NCBI GenBank assembly: GCA_963828195.1
Contig: CAWHDT010000005.1
Location: forward strand, 64,001 to 128,000
Origin: Candidatus Bathyarchaeota archaeon
GTDB taxonomy: Archaea > Thermoproteota > Bathyarchaeia > Bathyarchaeales > Bathycorpusculaceae
DNA length: 64,000 nt
Reading direction: 5' to 3'
Of the stretch, positions 59,539 to 64,000 are shown piece by piece. The notes under the pieces are model-generated. The model made no database searches, was not told the origin of the DNA, and worked only from the letters and a program-made list of their open reading frames with translations. Both the position numbers and the translations under genes were made by a program. The stretch's first letter is position 1. Each line of letters starts with the position of its first letter.

Positions 59539-60258
59539 TTATTCCCGTTTTGCCAAGCAAACGATTCCGCCAAGCTGCGTGACACGTTTCCCGGCTGTTG
59601 ATTCGGCGTTTATTACCCGTGTTTTGACGCCTTTGTTCGCGGCAACCTGCATAAGCCTTTGAACCCTGAATTTTTGGCGGCTCTTCGAAAGATAATCGTC
59701 TGTAAGCATAAGATATTCCGGTTGGGGTTTGCCTTCTGCCTGTGGGTTGAGCACAAGGTTTTCTGCTTCCTGCAGAGAGAAAAGAACCAGATTGTCGGCG
59801 GCGTTTAGCCTTTTTTCGAGGATTTCAAGCAGGTTTTCGGTTTCCTGCGCTGTGGTTTGGCTGATTAATTCTTTGAATGCACCTGTTTTAGTTAAGGCAG
59901 CGACCTGCGGCGGGGTACTTGCTGACCCCGTTATGGTTGAGAAAACGGCTTTGTTTACGCCTTGAAGAAGCCAGTTTTGATGCGCTTTGATGTGGTTTAG
60001 AAATTCCTGTCCGTAACTGGTTTTACTTGGCGAAGCAACTACGACACTTCTTACGCCTTCCTTCAAAATGGGCCTCAACGCGTTCACGATGGATTCGTAA
60101 AAGCTGTAGGCTGCTTTAGCGTCGCTCCTGCTACCGTTCAGCTGAATGGTTTCCTGTTGCTTTGCCACTTGGCTGAAAACTTGCCATATTGCTGCGTGAT
60201 TCTGCTCTATTCCCACGAGAACCGCAACGGGGTAACCGCGTTTGTAAGCTTTCGGCAT
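59539..60258 (-). CDS. pelota/eRF1 domain 2-3 protein lacking the N-terminal domain
   Basis: VVVASP...QEF, C-terminal VINAESTAGKRVTQLGGIVCL. Confidence 0.65.
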   Translation of the reverse strand: MPKAYKRGYPVAVLVGIEQNHAAIWQVFSQVAKQQETIQLNGSRSDAKAAYSFYESIVNALRPILKEGVRSVVVASPSKTSYGQEFLNHIKAHQNWLLQGVNKAVFSTITGSASTPPQVAALTKTGAFKELISQTTAQETENLLEILEKRLNAADNLVLFSLQEAENLVLNPQAEGKPQPEYLMLTDDYLSKSRQKFRVQRLMQVAANKGVKTRVINAESTAGKRVTQLGGIVCLAKRE

Positions 60259-60375
60259 TGATTTTCCTACTCTGATTTGATGCATGTTGTATTTAGGTTT
60301 GCTTTTGCTGCGTTCTTTCAATTTTAAAACGGCAAGTTTATCAAAGCGCAAAACCGACCTAATTAGAGAGAAGAT

Positions 60376-60708
60376 ATGATTGAAGTTGACAACGAAAAAG
60401 ACCTGAACAGCCAGTTAAAGGCAAACGGAAAAGTCCTCGCGCTATTTTATGCTTCATGGTGCCCACACTGCAAACGCTTTGTTCCAATATTCGACAAGAA
60501 GACCCCCGGATGCGACGTCGGAACCGTAATTCACGTTCTCTTAGACGACTATGACAGCTCGTTGTGGGACGAATACTCCGTGGAGGCAGTCCCGACAATA
60601 ATATATTTTTGTGAAGGAAAAGTTAGCAGGCGCCTAGATGGAAAATTAGGTTCAGGCTTGAGTGAAAAACAACTTAACGAATGGCTTCAAGGGTTCAAAG
60701 TTCAATAA
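60376..60708 (+). CDS. thioredoxin family protein
   Basis: FYASWCPHC, VPT. Confidence 0.9.
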   Translation: MIEVDNEKDLNSQLKANGKVLALFYASWCPHCKRFVPIFDKKTPGCDVGTVIHVLLDDYDSSLWDEYSVEAVPTIIYFCEGKVSRRLDGKLGSGLSEKQLNEWLQGFKVQ

Positions 60709-60806
60709 CTTGAATAGCAATAAAGAAGTTCCGCAAAGTTTTTTCGTCAAGCGCTAATGCTACTTAAAATCATTTTAAAGAAAAAGAAAAAAGGAGATTT
60801 ATAATT

Positions 60807-61310
60807 TTAAGTCGGCGCTTGTGGTGGCGGAGCCTGAGAAGCAGGAGGAGGAGTTGATCCGATCGGTGATCTACCCACCTGGACTACTGTTGTGCCCGCA
60901 TATCGATCAGTGAATTTTTGGCGTCTATCATTTCCAGGCGTTACGATAGCTACCAACCAGTCTATCAGCAGAAAAAGCCAATAAATTTTAGTTATATTGC
61001 GAATGAATGATTTATCCATTGTAACTTTGCCGCCGTTGACCAACTGCACTTGCAATCCCATGATACGTTTGCCTATTGTTGTACCGTCCCAATAAACTTC
61101 AAGGATAACAAAGTAGATTACCTCAATTATACCGAAGATAAATGGACCTACCACAAAACCGCCGTATCTGAAAAAATTTGTTTCTACCGCAATTACGAAG
61201 TAGATAATGAAGAATGGGATAAGGCAGATTATGCTGTCTATGATTAAAGCAACTAAGCGTGTTATCCAATGATTCCAGTCAATTTGTCCACTACTGCTCT
61301 TATTTGTCAT
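60807..61310 (-). CDS. RDD family membrane protein
   Basis: RLVALIID, GTTIGKRIMGL, QKFTD..AGT.VV; start MTNKSS after AGAGGA. Confidence 0.85.
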   Translation of the reverse strand: MTNKSSSGQIDWNHWITRLVALIIDSIICLIPFFIIYFVIAVETNFFRYGGFVVGPFIFGIIEVIYFVILEVYWDGTTIGKRIMGLQVQLVNGGKVTMDKSFIRNITKIYWLFLLIDWLVAIVTPGNDRRQKFTDRYAGTTVVQVGRSPIGSTPPPASQAPPPQAPT

Positions 61311-61378
61311 TTGATAAAATCCTCTAATTAATTTGTCATTAAAGCTGTTATTATCGTTTTCTGTCAGGCAATTAAGCA

Positions 61379-62044
61379 CTAAAAAGAAGCGATAACATTC
61401 CAGGGTTTGAAACCTACCAGAAGCGCCAGCTCCAGCCATTTCCAGTAGCAATCCACGTCATCAAAACCTATTTGCCTAAGCCACTTAAGCTGCGTTTCAA
61501 CGTCCAAAAGCTTGTTGGAAGGATCTTCAGTTTCAGGAGTTAAGCCAGTCGCATACAGAAACTTTAAGTGGAGATTCTGGGTTGGCGAGGAAACGTGCTC
61601 CAAATTGCAGAAAACGCCCTTTGGATTTAGCAGTCCAAATATTTCGGTGTACAGCTGCTTTTTTCTTGGGTGCGTCATATGGTGGATAGCTAAGCTGGAA
61701 ACAACAACGTCAAAGTAGCCTAACTGCTCAGACGGAAGCGGGAAACTAAAATCATGCTTAAACAAGGTCACGGTTTTGTCTTGTGCAAATCGTTTTCGGG
61801 CTTGTTCCAGCATCGGCTCCGAAAAATCCAGCGCCACGCCTTCAGCCTCCGGATACTTCAGCTTCACCAGCGCCAACAGCCTTCCGTCACCTGTTCCTAA
61901 ATCGAGAATACGTTTGGGAGGAGCTGGGATTTGGTCAAGCAGCACTCTTTCGCCTTCGGTTCTGTGAGGAAGTTTATCTGCCCGCGCCAAATACGCAAAT
62001 GCGTGTTCCACTGTTAGCCATTCACTCATTAGTCTGCCCTTCAT
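61379..62044 (-). CDS. class I SAM-dependent methyltransferase
   Basis: [21 protein letters not shown]. Confidence 0.9.
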   Translation of the reverse strand: MKGRLMSEWLTVEHAFAYLARADKLPHRTEGERVLLDQIPAPPKRILDLGTGDGRLLALVKLKYPEAEGVALDFSEPMLEQARKRFAQDKTVTLFKHDFSFPLPSEQLGYFDVVVSSLAIHHMTHPRKKQLYTEIFGLLNPKGVFCNLEHVSSPTQNLHLKFLYATGLTPETEDPSNKLLDVETQLKWLRQIGFDDVDCYWKWLELALLVGFKPWNVIASF

Positions 62045-62210
62045 TCAGTTTATGTCCTACAGTTAACGAAGCAGAATATTTTAGTTGCGCTTCATTTCCA
62101 AAATATTCACTGCAAACTGCGGATAGCCCGAGTTTTCTTCGCTGCAAAAACAATGCTTATATCGGGTTATGTTCTTAGTTATGAAGAAATATTGTGAAGG
62201 GTTCTGATTC

Positions 62211-62552
62211 ATGGAATTTTGTCCAGAATGCGGTTGCCGGCTTGAACCGAAAAAAATTGACGATGTCGCAGTGCTTGCATGTACAAAATGCAGCTACGTC
62301 AAGCAGGCTACGAACAATAGGGCTCACGCCAGCGTAGTTAAGGTTATTCAGCCAACAACTCAACCCTTTATGACTGTTATAAGCGAAGAAGAACAAAAAA
62401 TCAAGACAATGTCCACAATTCACATGAAATGCGAGAAATGCGACAACACCACGGTGTACGTGTGGCAAGTTCAAACGCGGGGCGGGGACGAGGCATCAAC
62501 ACAATTCATGCGCTGCACAAAATGCGGACACACATTCAGGGAATACTCATAA
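62211..62552 (+). CDS. tfs: transcription factor S (TFS/RpoM)
   Basis: MEFCPECG...CTKC; CEKC...QTRGGDE...RCTKC. Confidence 0.92.
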   Translation: MEFCPECGCRLEPKKIDDVAVLACTKCSYVKQATNNRAHASVVKVIQPTTQPFMTVISEEEQKIKTMSTIHMKCEKCDNTTVYVWQVQTRGGDEASTQFMRCTKCGHTFREYS

Positions 62553-62619
62553 GGCAACGTCATTCTTTAGAAAGTTATTAAAGCACATATTCGCATAAAG
62601 TAACATCGGAGAATAACAA

Positions 62620-62712
62620 ATGCCGAAAAAAGAAAAACCATTAACTAAAAAAGAACGAGACGCAAAAAGAAAAGCACGAAAAGACAAGGAAAGCAAAACA
62701 CAGAAGTCTTAA
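62620..62712 (+). CDS. 30-aa Lys/Arg-rich microprotein
   Basis: MPKKEKPLTKKERDAKRKARKDKESKTQKS; TTATTAAA box, GGAGA SD, T-rich tail. Confidence 0.5.
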   Translation: MPKKEKPLTKKERDAKRKARKDKESKTQKS

Positions 62713-62846
62713 GCTTTTTTGGCCTAAGCCTCTGCTTTACCTTTTTTACAATTTTTATAATCTATTTATTTTTTCCATTTCTATCTTGTATATAAAAATA
62801 AACGACGCTTCACTATTTTTAAGAACTGTTATCCGTTGAAAAATGG

Positions 62847-64000
62847 TTAGGGCGAAGACGGATTTATTATTCTTGTGTCGTAGGTTTGCAGGTAAGCTAT
62901 GTTTGCGGGAGTGTACGGATATGTTTCGTTTGAGGGGTATGGGAAGCTTGTCATTGCTTGGAATGGCAGCGGGTCAACGGTGAATGGCACGTAGGGTAAG
63001 CCTTCGCCTTTGAACCAGCAGCTGGCGACGATAAAGTAGGTTCTTACCCAGCCTTGTGGAACAGGCGGAAGGTTTGATGGAAACTGTATGGAAACCATGT
63101 CGCCTTCGCGCCCAATCACAAACTGGTTGTCAGCTGACTGCAACAACGCTGTTACGTCGCCGTATTTTGTGAATGCGCCGCTGGAGTTTGAGTTTGCAAC
63201 GTACGCTTGCTCCAAAGTGGCGGATGAAGGCTCTATTGTGTGAACGATTATGTTTTGTTGGGGCGTCGTGCTGATGCCGATGTAGTTGAACTGGATGTCT
63301 TGATAGTAGTTGATTCTTAACTCGTAATTGTTAGTTAGAAAGAGACCCGTTAAGTTGACGTCAAATTCGTTGTCGGTTACATGCGGTATCGGAAACTCGC
63401 GATCCTCAGGAACGTTAACCCAGGTTCCATTCGGCGCCAAAACTTGCATGTAAGGAGGCGGAGAAGGTATCACTCCTGGCTCGCTTGCATACGACAAAAA
63501 GTTTTCTCCTCCAGCCGACGTAGTGGGCCAAGTAATTTTAGCCGCCACCACCATGTTGATCTGCGGTGCGCCAGTCAGGTTGCCTAGATTAAGCGTTAAA
63601 TTTTGCCATTGCCACGTGGCTCCAGGCGTGAAGTTGGTTCCATCCGGATTTGAGAGTAATGGCAGAACATTTTGCCCAGCTTGGTTCACCGCGGAGACTG
63701 GCGAAGCTAAGTTATCGCTTACCGTGTACATTGTTCCTTGACCTGTAAGATTGTATATGAATGTGCTCGCTGTTGATAGCACGTTTACGTCTGCTGGATG
63801 GTCTACGGCGACCATTTGGACTGAGTCAAGGTAGAAGATTTCATCGGATGTTTCGGCGATGTGGAAGTTGTAGAACCCGTTGAGCGGCTGCAGTTGTGTT
63901 GAATCCAGTTTTATGTAGTCATAGGGGTAGTTGTAGGAGAAAACCATTGAGCCGTCAGGTTGAAAATACTCCAAATAGCCAAGCCAGCCTGTGCCGTCAT
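62847..64000 (-). CDS. C-terminal part of a large extracellular protein (runs off window)
   Basis: EIFYLD...AVDHP, FTKYGDV..LL..AD..FVI...GD, WFK, DPLPF.AM..FPY; N/T-rich. Confidence 0.7.
   Translation of the reverse strand, partial: DGTGWLGYLEYFQPDGSMVFSYNYPYDYIKLDSTQLQPLNGFYNFHIAETSDEIFYLDSVQMVAVDHPADVNVLSTASTFIYNLTGQGTMYTVSDNLASPVSAVNQAGQNVLPLLSNPDGTNFTPGATWQWQNLTLNLGNLTGAPQINMVVAAKITWPTTSAGGENFLSYASEPGVIPSPPPYMQVLAPNGTWVNVPEDREFPIPHVTDNEFDVNLTGLFLTNNYELRINYYQDIQFNYIGISTTPQQNIIVHTIEPSSATLEQAYVANSNSSGAFTKYGDVTALLQSADNQFVIGREGDMVSIQFPSNLPPVPQGWVRTYFIVASCWFKGEGLPYVPFTVDPLPFQAMTSFPYPSNETYPYTPANIAYLQTYDTRIINPSSP

Overview
Archaeal chromosomal window, most likely a Bathyarchaeia (TACK) member. 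This is inferred from eL38, a Cren7-like protein, TFS, TBP, Alba, thermosomes, a methanofuran gene cluster and frequent TTG starts. Main structure: (i) ABC transporter end and three tRNAs (1-3.5 kb). (ii) A ~19.3-kb island inserted at the 3' end of tRNA-Val(CAC) (3518-22776). It is bounded by a 14-bp direct repeat of the tRNA end and ~40-bp imperfect inverted arms, and no integrase is visible. It carries intact genes for core machinery (2x Alba, Rpo12, Cdc48, TBP, two thermosome subunits) among pseudogenes, Zn-ribbon microproteins, an HNH nuclease and an IS1182 that has split a structured terminal element. (iii) A gene-poor 23-36 kb zone with at least seven copies of a 24-bp intergenic motif TGTTT(T/G)GT(T)GATGCTTTTGTATAC. 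(iv) NAD/SAM by-product salvage genes, envelope ABC/HtrA/glycosyltransferase/MMPL genes and tRNA-Phe. (v) An operon-like methanofuran cluster mfnB-A-D-F-E with a divergent HisA-like gene. All calls were made by eye from motifs; no database searches were run.
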